Assembly: GCA_964637265.1 (NCBI GenBank)
Contig: CAZWWR010000004.1
Coordinates: forward strand, 261 to 64,260
DNA: 64,000 nucleotides
Source: an uncultured Jannaschia sp.
Lineage (GTDB): Bacteria; Pseudomonadota; Alphaproteobacteria; Rhodobacterales; Rhodobacteraceae
Reading direction: 5' to 3'
A program made the translations under genes and the position numbers. Of this stretch, positions 20,749-30,861 are shown one piece after another. The first letter of the stretch is position 1, and each line of letters opens with the position of its first letter. The notes under the pieces are model-generated. The model ran no database searches. It was not told the DNA's origin and saw only the letters and a program-made list of their open reading frames with translations.

Positions 20749-21741
20749 TCAGGTGCCGGCCGGGGCCTCGGCAGCGAGAGACATTGCGAGCCGATCCCAC
20801 GCCTCTCGCCCGCCAGGAAGGCCGAGGCGCACGAGACCCGAGGCGTAGTCGAAGATGCGCACGAGCACCCGGTGCCGGGCAAGGCGCTCCTGGAACGTCT
20901 GGGCGTCTCCAACGTCCCAGAGGCGATAAAGGGTCGTCCCACCGAGCGGCTCGCCATACGGCGCCATGAGGGCGTCGAGGCGCTCCGCGTCCGTGACGAG
21001 CCGTGCGCGCGCCGCCTCCGCCCATGCCCTGTCCCGCAGGGCGACCGTCCCGATCTGCAGCGCGGGCCCCGACACGGCCCACGGGCCCATGCGCTCTGCA
21101 AGGGGTGCGAGCGTGTCGGGATGGGCGATCGCGAAGCCGAGCCGCAGGCCCGCGAGGCCCCAGAACTTGCCGAAGCTCTTCAGGACGACGGTGCCGGGAC
21201 GGGTGGCGAGGCGGACGAGGCTCCGCTCCGGGGCGACATCGCAGAAGCTCTCGTCGATCACCGTGAAGGCCTGTCCCCCACCGGCCTCGGAGGCATCCCG
21301 CCATCGGCCGTCCGGGTTGTTGGGGTTGACCAGCACGAGCGCCTCGGCGCCCCCGCGGGCGTCGATGACCTCCCAGCCATGGGCCGCGAAGGCCGCCTCG
21401 TGCTCATTGTAGGTCGGACCCGGTATCGCGACGCGCCGGGGCGGCAGGCCCGCGCTGACGGGGAGGTTGGCGATGAGCGCCGAAGCCCCCGGCGCCGAGA
21501 GGACCTCCGCTCCCTCGGGTACCGACCAGAAGGCCCGCGCCGCGCGCTCGAGAGCCTGCAACGCCGTCAGATCGGGCAGGGCGGTCCAGTCGCGTGTGGA
21601 GAGGTCGGGAATCGGGTAAGGGACGGGATTGATCCCGGTCGAGAGATCCAACCAGTGCTCGGGCCGTCCGCCCCATCGGGCGACCGCGGCGTCGACCCGT
21701 CCGCCGTGCTCGCGTCCGCCGGGCAAGGTCGCAACGGTCAT
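20749..21741 (-). CDS. cobC: Threonine-phosphate decarboxylase (cobalamin synthesis; CobC in alphaproteobacterial naming, CobD in Salmonella)
   Basis: HGG, DLSTGINP, PTYNEH, NPNNPDG, DESF, SFGKFWGLAGLRLG (PLP Lys). Confidence 0.88.
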   Translation of the reverse strand: MTVATLPGGREHGGRVDAAVARWGGRPEHWLDLSTGINPVPYPIPDLSTRDWTALPDLTALQALERAARAFWSVPEGAEVLSAPGASALIANLPVSAGLPPRRVAIPGPTYNEHEAAFAAHGWEVIDARGGAEALVLVNPNNPDGRWRDASEAGGGQAFTVIDESFCDVAPERSLVRLATRPGTVVLKSFGKFWGLAGLRLGFAIAHPDTLAPLAERMGPWAVSGPALQIGTVALRDRAWAEAARARLVTDAERLDALMAPYGEPLGGTTLYRLWDVGDAQTFQERLARHRVLVRIFDYASGLVRLGLPGGREAWDRLAMSLAAEAPAGT

Positions 21742-22002
21742 GGCTCCGCACCGGGGCGGCCGCCCGGATCGCGGCCGTTTCCGCTGTCGATCGTCCCCAA
21801 GTCACTGACGCGCAAGCTCATGCCGGTCCCCCTCGATCCGTTTGAAGCACGGCCCGTCCGACCCCGCAACCGGGGCCGGGGCGGAGGTGAGCGTCCCTCC
21901 GCGACGACCGGGCTTCGATCGGAAAAGAAGGGATGCCCCCGGGCAGCATGTGCGGAGCCATGTCCGGCAGGCGCCCGAGGCGGAGGCACTTCTGCGGTCG
22001 CG

Positions 22003-22992
22003 CTACGCCGCGGCCAGCCTCTCCCGTCCATGCGGTGCGTCCCAGTCCAGCGCCGGTCCGGTCGGGACGATGCGGTGCGGATTTATGTTGTAGTGGCTGT
22101 AATGATAGTGTCGCGTGATGTGGTCGAAGTTCACGGTGTCGGCCACGCCGGGCCATTGGTAGAGTTCCCTGGCGTAGGCCCAGAGGGCGGGGTACTCGGA
22201 GAGCTTCCGCCGATTGCACTTGAAGTGCCCGTGATAGACCGGGTCGAAACGCACCAGGGTCGTCCACAGCCGCCAGTCGGCCTCGGTGATCCGCTCGCCC
22301 ATCAGGTAGCGCCGGCCGGAAAGCCGTTCCTCCAGCCAGTCGAGCGTTCCGAAGAGGGGTTCCACCGCCTCGTCATAGGCTTCCTGCGTGGTGGCGAAAC
22401 CGGACTTGTAGACGCCGTTGTTGACGGTGTCGTAGATGCGGGCGTTCACATCCTCGATCTCGTCCCGGAGATCGGCGGGCCAGTAGTCGTCCGAGTTTCC
22501 CGTGAGTGCGTCGAAAGCGGAGTTGAACATCCGGACGATCTCGGAGGACTCGTTGCTGACGATCGTCTCGCGCTGGGTGTCCCAAAGCACCGGAACGGTG
22601 ACCCGGCCGGATACATCGGGCTTGGCCCGCACGTAGAGGTCGCGGAGGTAGGGGAGGCCGTAGAGCCTATCGCCGGTGGCGTGCGGGTAGTCATCGCGCA
22701 GTTCCCAGCCGTTGGACAGCATGTCGGGATGTACCACGGACACCGAGATGAACCGTTCGAGGTCCTTCAGCGTGCGGAACACGAGTGCCCGGTGCGCCCA
22801 GGGACAGGCGAGGCTGACATAGAGGTGATAGCGTCCGTCCTCCGCCGGGAAGCCGCCCTCTCCCGACGGGCCGGGCGAGCCGTCGGGTGTGATCCAGTTC
22901 CTGAACCGCGAGGTGTCGCGCACGAATGCGCCGCCCGAGCTCGATGTGTCGTACCCCTCGTCCCGCCATTCCCCTTCGACCAGTCTGCCCAT
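22003..22992 (-). CDS. yqjG: Glutathionyl-hydroquinone reductase (GST Xi class, YqjG-like)
   Basis: YVSLACPWAHR, TVPVLWD, NNGVYKSGFA, RFDPVYHGHFKCN. Confidence 0.9.
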   Translation of the reverse strand: MGRLVEGEWRDEGYDTSSSGGAFVRDTSRFRNWITPDGSPGPSGEGGFPAEDGRYHLYVSLACPWAHRALVFRTLKDLERFISVSVVHPDMLSNGWELRDDYPHATGDRLYGLPYLRDLYVRAKPDVSGRVTVPVLWDTQRETIVSNESSEIVRMFNSAFDALTGNSDDYWPADLRDEIEDVNARIYDTVNNGVYKSGFATTQEAYDEAVEPLFGTLDWLEERLSGRRYLMGERITEADWRLWTTLVRFDPVYHGHFKCNRRKLSEYPALWAYARELYQWPGVADTVNFDHITRHYHYSHYNINPHRIVPTGPALDWDAPHGRERLAAA

Positions 22993-23083
22993 CGCATATC
23001 TCCTCTCCGATCGGTCAGACCTAGTGCCCTCGCACCGGGACGTGGACATGGCGTCGCGCGCAGCCCCCCTGCGGAGGCGCAGA

Positions 23084-24007
23084 TCAGCCGGGTCCGGCGC
23101 CCGGCCCCAGGAGCCCCGAGGCCGCGCCGAGCAGCATGAAGGCACGCCCCGTCCGTCCTTCCGCCAGCGCCGCGATCTCCGCGTCCGAAGCGTCGCGCGC
23201 GAACGGACCGGACCAGGCGAGGAACGTCTCGAGGAAAAGGGCCGCCGCCTCTCGGAACACGCCATCCTCCGCAAGCCGCAGTTTCGCCAGGGCGAGCGCG
23301 GACCGGTCGCGCAGGCCGGCCAGGTCGGATTTCTCCTCGGGCGAGGCGTGCCCGGCGGCGAAGGCGCGCCATGCGGATGGGCTAGCGTGGGAGACCGCGA
23401 GATCGTCCATGTAGACCCCTTCCTGCCCGAGGAGGGACAGGACGTCCTGCGCCGCGCCGATCAGGCGCGCCGGCCCCGGTTCGTCGAGGGCCCGGCGGAG
23501 CAGTTCGAACCCCTCCCGGTCCCGCTCGGAGCGGGGGAAGTCGAGTGCCCTGACGAGCGCACCGCGGGACATGGCCACTTGGGCACCACCCTTGGCGGTT
23601 TCTACGGCCCGGGTGCCTCCATCCCCTCTCGGTTCGGGTGCAATGTCCGGCGATCGCCCGTGCTTCGGCCGGGCGCTCGCGACGAAGGGCGGCGGCAGGG
23701 GCGGCGGGCGGGCATCCTGATGCGCGGCGGCCCGCAACTCGTCCAGCTCGGCGCGCAAGCCATCGGCCTCGGCCCGCAAGGCCGCCGACGTCCGCGCGAC
23801 GGCGGCCGCGATCCAGAACAGACCGATGGGCAGGGCCACGGTCAGGGCCGTCATGGCGAGGTCGATGCGCTCCCCCCAGTCCGAGATCGCGACGTCGGGT
23901 TCGGTCCGGCGGGTCGTCAGCCACCAGAGCAGGGCGATCCAGCCCACGGTGGCCAGCCCCGCCAGTATCTCGGCCCGGCCTCGCGGCGTCCCCCGGGCGG
24001 CGCTCAA
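23084..24007 (-). CDS. Conserved hypothetical membrane protein (two TM, coiled coil, Pro-rich linker, C-terminal domain)
   Basis: TTG start overlaps the greA stop; ALDFP..D..GF..LRRAL and [12 protein letters not shown] motifs recalled from Rhodobacteraceae proteins downstream of greA. Confidence 0.7.
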   Translation of the reverse strand: MSAARGTPRGRAEILAGLATVGWIALLWWLTTRRTEPDVAISDWGERIDLAMTALTVALPIGLFWIAAAVARTSAALRAEADGLRAELDELRAAAHQDARPPPLPPPFVASARPKHGRSPDIAPEPRGDGGTRAVETAKGGAQVAMSRGALVRALDFPRSERDREGFELLRRALDEPGPARLIGAAQDVLSLLGQEGVYMDDLAVSHASPSAWRAFAAGHASPEEKSDLAGLRDRSALALAKLRLAEDGVFREAAALFLETFLAWSGPFARDASDAEIAALAEGRTGRAFMLLGAASGLLGPGAGPG

Positions 24008-24474
24008 CGGTAGGCGACTCCGGTGATCTCGTAGTCGCGCCTTCCGCGCGGCGTGGGCACCTCGACGCTGTCCCCCTCCTCCTTGCCGATCAGGGCCCGG
24101 GCGAGCGGGGAGTTGACGTTTAGCAGACCGTTCTCGATGTCGGCCTCCGTCTCGCCGACGATCTGGTAGGTCCGTTCCTCCTCGGTATCCTCGTCGAGAA
24201 CGGTCACCGTGGCGCCGAACTTGATGGGCCCCGACAGCTTCGCCGGGTCGATCACCTCTGCGCGGGAGATCAGCGAATCGAGTTCCTTGATGCGCCCCTC
24301 GATGAAGCCCTGCTTCTCGCGGGCGGAATGGTACTCCGCGTTCTCGCTCAGGTCGCCGTGCTCCCGCGCCTCGGCGATGGCGCGGATGATGGCCGGACGC
24401 TCCTCCGACTTGAGGGTCTTCAGCTCGGCGTTCAGCGCCTCAAGGCCCCGCGGCGTCATGGGAACCTTCTGCAT
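24004..24474 (-). CDS. greA: Transcription elongation factor GreA
   Basis: [24 protein letters not shown]; GGAG RBS. Confidence 0.97.
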   Translation of the reverse strand: MQKVPMTPRGLEALNAELKTLKSEERPAIIRAIAEAREHGDLSENAEYHSAREKQGFIEGRIKELDSLISRAEVIDPAKLSGPIKFGATVTVLDEDTEEERTYQIVGETEADIENGLLNVNSPLARALIGKEEGDSVEVPTPRGRRDYEITGVAYR

Positions 24475-24610
24475 GGTCTCTCCTCGAATGTTCGAGCGCG
24501 CGTCCCCCGGCCGGGGGACGCGCGCCGCTTCCGGAACCTTAGCAAACGGAAGGGAGGGCGCAATCATCTCGGCCCGGTGCCTCGCGGCGCCCGAACGGCA
24601 GCGAATGGGG

Positions 24611-25288
24611 TCAGCCGACCGGCGCGCGCGCCAAGCCCAGCGCATCGAGCGCCGCGTCGCGAATCGACGGCCCGTCGACCACCCGGGCCGACCCGAAGTC
24701 GAGATCCCGCGTGTTCACCCCGGGCCAGCCGAGCACCGAAAGCTTGGCCGCAGCAGCCGCTGCCGCTCCCTGCGGATTGTCCTCGATGGCCACGCAGCGT
24801 TCCGGCGCCATCGCGAGACGGGCGCAGGCGAGGTGGTAGCAGTCCGGCGCGGGCTTGGGGGCGACGACATCGGATGCATCCACGACGATCGCGAAGTCCC
24901 GGCGATCCATTCCGATCCCGGCAAGCACACGGTCAACGTCCTCCCCGTCCGATGTGGAGACGAGCGCCGTCGGCACCCCCCGCTCCTCGGCCTCGTCCAG
25001 CAGTTCCATTACCCCGGGCCGGACCCGGGCGCGGCCCCAGTCGAGATCGTCGTGGAACCGTCTGCGCTTGGCGGAATGAAGCGCGGCTGCATCGACCGTC
25101 ACGCCGTAGTCAGCTGCGTACCGCTCGATCCGGTCGCGCCCGCCCGATCGCGCGAGCATCCGACGATAGGAGTCCCGATCCCAGTGCCAGTCCAGCCCCG
25201 CATCCGCGAAGGCGGTGTTGTAGGCCTCGCGTTGCAGCTCGGAGGTATCCGCGAGCGTGCCGATCGAGCCGAGGAATAGCGCCTGCAT
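24611..25288 (-). CDS. HAD-superfamily (CbbY-like) protein with altered motif I
   Basis: [25 protein letters not shown]; GGAGG RBS. Confidence 0.8.
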   Translation of the reverse strand: MQALFLGSIGTLADTSELQREAYNTAFADAGLDWHWDRDSYRRMLARSGGRDRIERYAADYGVTVDAAALHSAKRRRFHDDLDWGRARVRPGVMELLDEAEERGVPTALVSTSDGEDVDRVLAGIGMDRRDFAIVVDASDVVAPKPAPDCYHLACARLAMAPERCVAIEDNPQGAAAAAAAKLSVLGWPGVNTRDLDFGSARVVDGPSIRDAALDALGLARAPVG

Positions 25289-25389
25289 CTGCCCCTCCGG
25301 CATTGGGAGAACGGCCGAAGGCGTGACGCCCCCGCCATCCGCGAACTAGAGCCGAGTGGGCGTGATCAAGTCCGCGCAGCGCAGGATTG

Positions 25390-25539
25390 TCAACCGGAGC
25401 TTACACCTATCGACGCGGTGCCCGAAATCGTGACACCCGGAGGGGGCAACGCGTCATCGTCCTCCTGCGGCGGCACGGGCGGTCCATCCACCCCGCACCC
25501 GGCCAACGCGAAAGCCAGAAGCAGCGCGCATACTCTCAT
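25390..25539 (-). CDS. Small lipoprotein (LptM/YifL-like)
   Basis: 49 aa; lipobox LAGC followed by GVDGPPVPP; start overlaps the argH stop. Confidence 0.7.
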   Translation of the reverse strand: MRVCALLLAFALAGCGVDGPPVPPQEDDDALPPPGVTISGTASIGVSSG

Positions 25540-26945
25540 CGGTTCGTCCCTCCGTCCTCGAGACGTCCACGCCATTCCGCCACAGCTTCCCTGACCCGAT
25601 CGGGCGCGGTGCCGCCCTCGGAGGTGCGGGAGGCGACGGACGCAGTCACGGACAGGACGTCTCCGACCCGTTCGTCGATCCGTGGCTCGATCTTCTGCAT
25701 CCGTTCCAGGGGCAGCTCCGACAGGTCCACCCGCTCGCGCTCCGCCAGGGCGACGATCCGGCCGGTGACGAGGTGGGCATCGCGGAACGGCATCCCGAGG
25801 ACGCGAACGAGCCAGTCAGCCAGGTCCGTGGCGGTGGAGTAGCCGGCCCCTGCCGCCGCCTCTAGCGTTTCCCGTTCGGGAGACATGTCCCGCACCATGC
25901 CAGCCATCGCTGCCAGACCGAGCATGAGGCTGTCGGCCGCGTCGAAGACCTGCTCCTTGTCCTCCTGCATGTCCTTCGAATACGCGAGCGGAAGTCCCTT
26001 CATCACCGTGAGCAGCCCGATGGCGGCCCCGTAGATGCGCCCCGTCTTGGCGCGGATCAGTTCGGCCGCGTCGGGATTGCGTTTCTGCGGCATGATCGAG
26101 GAACCGGTCGTCCAGCGGTCGCTCAGCCGCACGAAGCGGAACTGCGCCGAGGACCAGATCACGAGCTCCTCGGCGAGGCGGCTGAGATGCATGGCGCAGA
26201 TCGAGGCGGCCGTAAGGAACTCGAGCGCGAAGTCGCGGTCGGCAACAGCGTCGATCGAGTTCCGCATGGGCCGGTCGAAGCCGAGCGCCGCGGCGGTCAT
26301 CCTGCGGTCGATGGGGAAGGACGTGCCGGCGAGCGCCGCGGCTCCGAGCGGGCACTCGTTCATCCGGCTGCGGGCATCGACGAACCGTCCCCGGTCCCTC
26401 CCGAACATCTCGGCATAAGCGAGCATGTGGTGACCCCAGGTGACGGGCTGCGCGGCCTGCAGGTGCGTGAAGCCCGGCATCGCCATGTCGGCTCCGGCCT
26501 CGGCCTGGTCGACCAGGGCCCGGAGCAAGGCGTCGAGCCCCGTCATGGCCCCATCGCATTGCTGACGGACCCAGAGGCGGAAGTCGGTGGCGACCTGATC
26601 GTTGCGGGAGCGGCCCGTGTGAAGCCGGCCGGCCGGCTCGCCGACCAGCTCCTTCAGGCGCGCCTCCACGTTCATGTGGATGTCCTCAAGCGCCGTGGAG
26701 AAGGCGAACTGGCCGTTCTCTATCTCTGACAACACGGTGAGGAGCCCTTGCCGTATCGCCTCCGCATCGCTCTCCTCCACGATGCCGGTGGCGGCGAGCA
26801 TGGCGGCATGGGCGCGGCTGCCCTCGACGTCCTGGGCGGCGAGGCGGCGGTCGAATCCGATCGAGGCGTTGATGGCCTCCATGACGGCGTCCGGCCCCTC
26901 GCTGAACCTCCCGCCCCACATCGCGTTCTGAGACGAATCCTTCAT
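25536..26945 (-). CDS. argH: Argininosuccinate lyase
   Basis: [38 protein letters not shown]. Confidence 0.97.
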   Translation of the reverse strand: MKDSSQNAMWGGRFSEGPDAVMEAINASIGFDRRLAAQDVEGSRAHAAMLAATGIVEESDAEAIRQGLLTVLSEIENGQFAFSTALEDIHMNVEARLKELVGEPAGRLHTGRSRNDQVATDFRLWVRQQCDGAMTGLDALLRALVDQAEAGADMAMPGFTHLQAAQPVTWGHHMLAYAEMFGRDRGRFVDARSRMNECPLGAAALAGTSFPIDRRMTAAALGFDRPMRNSIDAVADRDFALEFLTAASICAMHLSRLAEELVIWSSAQFRFVRLSDRWTTGSSIMPQKRNPDAAELIRAKTGRIYGAAIGLLTVMKGLPLAYSKDMQEDKEQVFDAADSLMLGLAAMAGMVRDMSPERETLEAAAGAGYSTATDLADWLVRVLGMPFRDAHLVTGRIVALAERERVDLSELPLERMQKIEPRIDERVGDVLSVTASVASRTSEGGTAPDRVREAVAEWRGRLEDGGTNR

Positions 26946-26955
26946 GAGGCCCCCG

Positions 26956-27495
26956 ATGCGCTTTTCCGCCCCATACCTGCTGGCCCTCCTCCTCGCCACC
27001 CCGGCCCAGGCCGACCCCGCGCTGGAGCCTCTGGCAGTGGGCGAGATGGCGGGGATGACGTTTCGCGAACCCGTCGCCGCTCCCGATACGGCCTATCGTG
27101 CCGCCGACGGCGGCGAGGGGAGGCTGTCGGACTACCGGGGCGAGGTCGTTGTCGTGAATTTCTGGGCGACGTGGTGCGCCCCGTGCAAGGCCGAGATGCC
27201 GTCCCTACAGGCGCTGCAGGACAGGCTGGGCCCGGAGGGCGTCGAGGTCGTCACCATCGCCTTCGGCCGCCACAACCCAGCGTCAATGGAGGCGTTCTGG
27301 GAGGAGGCGGGCGTCACCACGCTGCCGCTCCACCTCGATGCCGATACCGCCCTTGCGCAGGCGCTCGACGTCCGCGCGCTGCCCCATACAGTGATCCTCG
27401 ACCGGGAGGGCAGGATCGTCGCGGAGAAGCTCGGGGATGCCGACTGGGCGTCCGAGGAGGCGCTCGCCCTCATCGGGGCGTTGCTCGAGGACTAG
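26956..27495 (+). CDS. tlpA: TlpA-family disulfide reductase
   Basis: Signal peptide, [10 protein letters not shown]. Confidence 0.85.
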   Translation: MRFSAPYLLALLLATPAQADPALEPLAVGEMAGMTFREPVAAPDTAYRAADGGEGRLSDYRGEVVVVNFWATWCAPCKAEMPSLQALQDRLGPEGVEVVTIAFGRHNPASMEAFWEEAGVTTLPLHLDADTALAQALDVRALPHTVILDREGRIVAEKLGDADWASEEALALIGALLED

Positions 27496-27939
27496 GCACC
27501 GGCCCGCACCGTTCAGATCGCTCTGGTACTATGTTGCCGAGGTCGGTGGTCGAAGCGCTCGAACGGCGACCGCGGGCGAACCTCGGTGAGAGCCGACATC
27601 CGATTCGGAGCTATCTTTCTCCCATGTGACGGAGCGGCGCCAACGCCGAGGGGACTACCCGAGCGCACAGGATCGATTCGAGTCACCCGAAACCGCCGTG
27701 TCAGCGCGACACATGCGGCGGGACATTCATGGGGCGGCCCACGTACGCCCATACACCTGCCAGCAACGGTCGAACCTCCTCGATGCTTGAGGCGCGAAGC
27801 CGGTGAAGAGGGAACAGGCCAGGGTCGTTGGGCCATCTCGTTTACCTCCCGTTAACCCAGTGAACGCTTTCTGCCCGCGAGGCCGAGCCCGGGGATTCCT
27901 CCGCGAGGTCTGTAACGTGCGGAAAAAAGGAATTATCTG

Positions 27940-28695
27940 GTGCTCAGAACTCTTGGTGCGGCCGCCGTCGGCCTTCTCGCAACATGGTTCGCGTCGACCG
28001 CCGAGGCCGTGCCGGTCGATGTCGAGCTGCAGCTTCTCGTGGACGTCTCCGGTTCGGTCGACTCGAACGAGTTCGCCCTCCAGCGCGATGGCTACGCGGA
28101 CGCCTTCCGATCCTCCGACGTGCAGGACGCGATCACCGGAGGCCGCCTCGGCTCCATCGCCGTGCAGCTCATCTACTTCGGCACGAACCAGTCCATCGGC
28201 GTCGCTTGGACGCAGATCAGCTCGGCCCTCGAGGCGAACGCGTTCGCCGACGCGATTGTGGCGGCTGCACGGCCCGAGAATGGCTCGACCGGAATCGGAA
28301 GCGCGATCAACTTCGCTTTCCCGCTGTTCTCCAACAACGGGTTCGAAGGAGACCGTCTCGTGCTCGACGTGTCCGGCGACGGTACGTCCAACAGCGGGCC
28401 GTCTGTCACCGGCGCGCGCGACGCTGCGTTGGCTGCCGGCGTCGACACGATCAACGGGCTCCCCATCGGCTCCGCATCGCTCGCGAGCTACTACGATTCG
28501 AACGTGATCGGCGGAGAGGACGCGTTCTCGATCTCCTCCTCGTCCTTCAACGAGTTCGAGACGGCGATCACCCAGAAGCTCGCCACCGAGATCAGCACGC
28601 CTCCCGTGCCTCTCCCGGCCGGTGCGGTGCTCCTTCTGACCGGTCTGGCGGGCCTCGGCGCAATGCGCCGCCGGCAGGGTGCCGCCGACGCCTGA
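27940..28695 (+). CDS. Secreted DUF1194 (vWA-like) protein with VPLPA-CTERM sorting signal
   Basis: Signal peptide (AEA), LLVDVSGSVD, DVSGDGTSN; C-terminal VPLPA-TM-RRR. Confidence 0.85.
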   Translation: MLRTLGAAAVGLLATWFASTAEAVPVDVELQLLVDVSGSVDSNEFALQRDGYADAFRSSDVQDAITGGRLGSIAVQLIYFGTNQSIGVAWTQISSALEANAFADAIVAAARPENGSTGIGSAINFAFPLFSNNGFEGDRLVLDVSGDGTSNSGPSVTGARDAALAAGVDTINGLPIGSASLASYYDSNVIGGEDAFSISSSSFNEFETAITQKLATEISTPPVPLPAGAVLLLTGLAGLGAMRRRQGAADA

Positions 28696-28754
28696 CCGCC
28701 TCCCGACGTGCCGGGCCGAGCAAGGCACCCGCAGCGGAACGGACGTTCACCTTC

Positions 28755-28789
28755 GGACGCCGGCACCCCTTGGGCCGGCGTTCCTCTTT
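28755..28789 (+). terminator. Rho-independent terminator after the VPLPA gene
   Basis: ACGCCGGC-loop-GCCGGCGT stem followed by TCCTCTTT. Confidence 0.6.
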
Positions 28790-28899
28790 GCCGGTCGGGA
28801 CCGCTGCCGCAGGCCACGAGTTCCCATGATGGCCGCCGGAATTGCCCGTCAAATCGACACCGAGCATCAGGTCCGGAGGAGACGACGGACGGTACGGGG

Positions 28900-29820
28900 C
28901 TAGGCGTCCTGTCGCCGCTGAAGCTTCACCGGGTCGGTCTTCATGAGCCTCAGGACATGCGCCATGAAAGGCTTCGCGACGTCGGCGCCGCGGACGGCGG
29001 CATAAAGCCGCCGAGTGACCCCCCCTTCCGTAAGGGGCCGCGTTACGTAGTCGGAGGATCCCCTGACCTCGCGCACCACCCAGTCCGGCAGCACGGCGAC
29101 CCCCCGGTTGGATGCGACGAGGAGCAGGATCACGGCCGTGAGCTCGACCTGCCGGACGGCGCGGGGCTCAATGCCTGCGGGGATCAGCACCTCGCTGAAG
29201 AGGTCGAGCCGGGAGCGCGCGACGGGATAGGTGATCACGAGTTCGTCCCGGAAGTCCTCGGCGTCCACATGGGGCAGGGACGCGAAACGATGCCCGGCCG
29301 CTGCGAGGACCACCGGTTCGTAGTCGAAAAGTGGAACGAACTCCACACCCGCCAGCGCCTCCGGATCCGAGGACACGACGAGATCGACCTCCTCCTTCTC
29401 GAGGGCGGGCAGGGCCTGGAACTGGAGGCCCGGCCGGATGTCGACGTCCACGTCGGGCCAGGCGCGGCGGAACCGCTCCAGCACCGGGAACAGCCATTCG
29501 TAGCAGGCGTGGCATTCGATCGCGATGTGTAGGCGGCCGGTCGACCCTGCCTTCAGGCCGGCGAGCTCCGCCTCGAGCGCCTCCACGCGCGGCATAACCT
29601 CCTCCGCAAGGGCGAGGAGCCGGCGCCCCGCCTCGGACAATGTCATCGGCTTGGATCGGCGGACGAACAGCTCCACCCCGATCTGGCCCTCGAGATTTTT
29701 CACCTGATGACTGAGCGCCGACTGGGTTATGTTCAGCCGCTCCGCTGCCCGCGCCAGTCCTCCCGCCTCGTGGATGGCGCGCATGGTTCTCAAATGACGG
29801 AACTCGAGGTGTAGCGGCAT
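28900..29820 (-). CDS. metR: LysR regulator MetR
   Basis: LEFRHL, TQSALSHQ, IECHACYEWL, LITYPV; divergent from metF. Confidence 0.92.
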   Translation of the reverse strand: MPLHLEFRHLRTMRAIHEAGGLARAAERLNITQSALSHQVKNLEGQIGVELFVRRSKPMTLSEAGRRLLALAEEVMPRVEALEAELAGLKAGSTGRLHIAIECHACYEWLFPVLERFRRAWPDVDVDIRPGLQFQALPALEKEEVDLVVSSDPEALAGVEFVPLFDYEPVVLAAAGHRFASLPHVDAEDFRDELVITYPVARSRLDLFSEVLIPAGIEPRAVRQVELTAVILLLVASNRGVAVLPDWVVREVRGSSDYVTRPLTEGGVTRRLYAAVRGADVAKPFMAHVLRLMKTDPVKLQRRQDA

Positions 29821-29908
29821 CGTCGGGCTCATGTCCGTGTTGAGGAGCTTGAGCTTGCCTCATGCGCGACACCGATGCCAGACGCGCCACGAGCGCAGGA
29901 GCCCGCCC

Positions 29909-30778
29909 ATGCCCGTACCGTCCGTCTCCTTCGAGTTCTTCCCGCCCCGGACGCTTCCCGCCTCCTTCCGCCTCTGGGAAGCCGCCAAGGCGCTGGCTCC
30001 CCTCGGGCCCGACTGGGTCAGCGTGACCTATGGAGCGGGCGGCACCACGCGGGTTCTCACCCGGGAGGCCGTGGCGGCGCTTGCGAAGGGCTTCTCGTTC
30101 CGCGTCGCGGGCCATCTGACCTGTGTCGAGGCCTCGCGCGAGGAGACCCTGGAGGTGGCGCACGGGTACCGGGCGGCAGGTGTCGAGGACATCGTCGCGC
30201 TCCGGGGCGATCCCCCGAAGGGTGCGGACCGGTTCGAGCCGCATCCGGACGGGTTCCGCGATTCGGTGGAACTTGTCGCCGCGCTCGCCGCCGAGGGCTT
30301 CCGGGTGCGCGTCGGCGCGTATCCGGACGTCCACCCCGAGGCGGGGGACGGAACGGCGGACATCGCCTGGCTCCGCGCGAAGGTCGACGCCGGCGCGCGC
30401 GAGGCGATCACCCAGTTCTTCTTCGATCCGGAGACGTTCCTGCGGTTCCGCGACGCCTGCGCGAGCGGGGGGGTCTCGGCCCCGGTCGTGCCAGGTCTCC
30501 TGCCGGTCGAGGACTGGACGAAGGTGCGCCGTTTCGCGGAGAGCTGCGGCGCGAAGATCCCCCCTGACGTCGCCGCACGCTACGATGCGGCGAGGCGGGA
30601 CCACGACCGTATCGCCGTCGACCACGCCGTGGAGATGTCGGAGAGGCTGATGGCGGAGGGGGTGCGGCATCTGCACTTCTACACGCTCAACAAGCCTGAC
30701 CTGACGCGCGACGTGTGCATGCGGCTCGGGCTCCTGGAGAACGTGGCCGCCGGCATGGCCCTGGCCGGCGCGGCTTAG
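29909..30778 (+). CDS. metF: 5,10-methylenetetrahydrofolate reductase
   Basis: SFEFFPP, VTYGAGG, HLTC, LRGD, ITQFFF, HFYTLN. Confidence 0.96.
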   Translation: MPVPSVSFEFFPPRTLPASFRLWEAAKALAPLGPDWVSVTYGAGGTTRVLTREAVAALAKGFSFRVAGHLTCVEASREETLEVAHGYRAAGVEDIVALRGDPPKGADRFEPHPDGFRDSVELVAALAAEGFRVRVGAYPDVHPEAGDGTADIAWLRAKVDAGAREAITQFFFDPETFLRFRDACASGGVSAPVVPGLLPVEDWTKVRRFAESCGAKIPPDVAARYDAARRDHDRIAVDHAVEMSERLMAEGVRHLHFYTLNKPDLTRDVCMRLGLLENVAAGMALAGAA

Positions 30779-30861
30779 CAGCAGCGTGTTCCGGGCTTCG
30801 GCCCGGAGATGCGGGCCGCTACGGCTTGCCCTCGGGCGCGCGGACGGTCACCCCTACGGAC

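Noticed and set aside
21742-22002. Possible cobalamin riboswitch upstream of cobC
   Set aside because: No GGGAA...GCCCCCGCAACTGT core or B12 box recognisable on the minus strand
28866-28890. TCAGGTCCGGAGGAG resembles the SRP (4.5S) RNA core TCAGGTCCGGAAGGAAGCAGC
   Set aside because: The GGAA loop and AGCAGC are missing and there is no long enclosing stem
29821-29908. Possible SAM riboswitch before metF
   Set aside because: The spacer is short and explained by the divergent MetR-controlled promoter; no SAM-II or SAM-SAH motif seen
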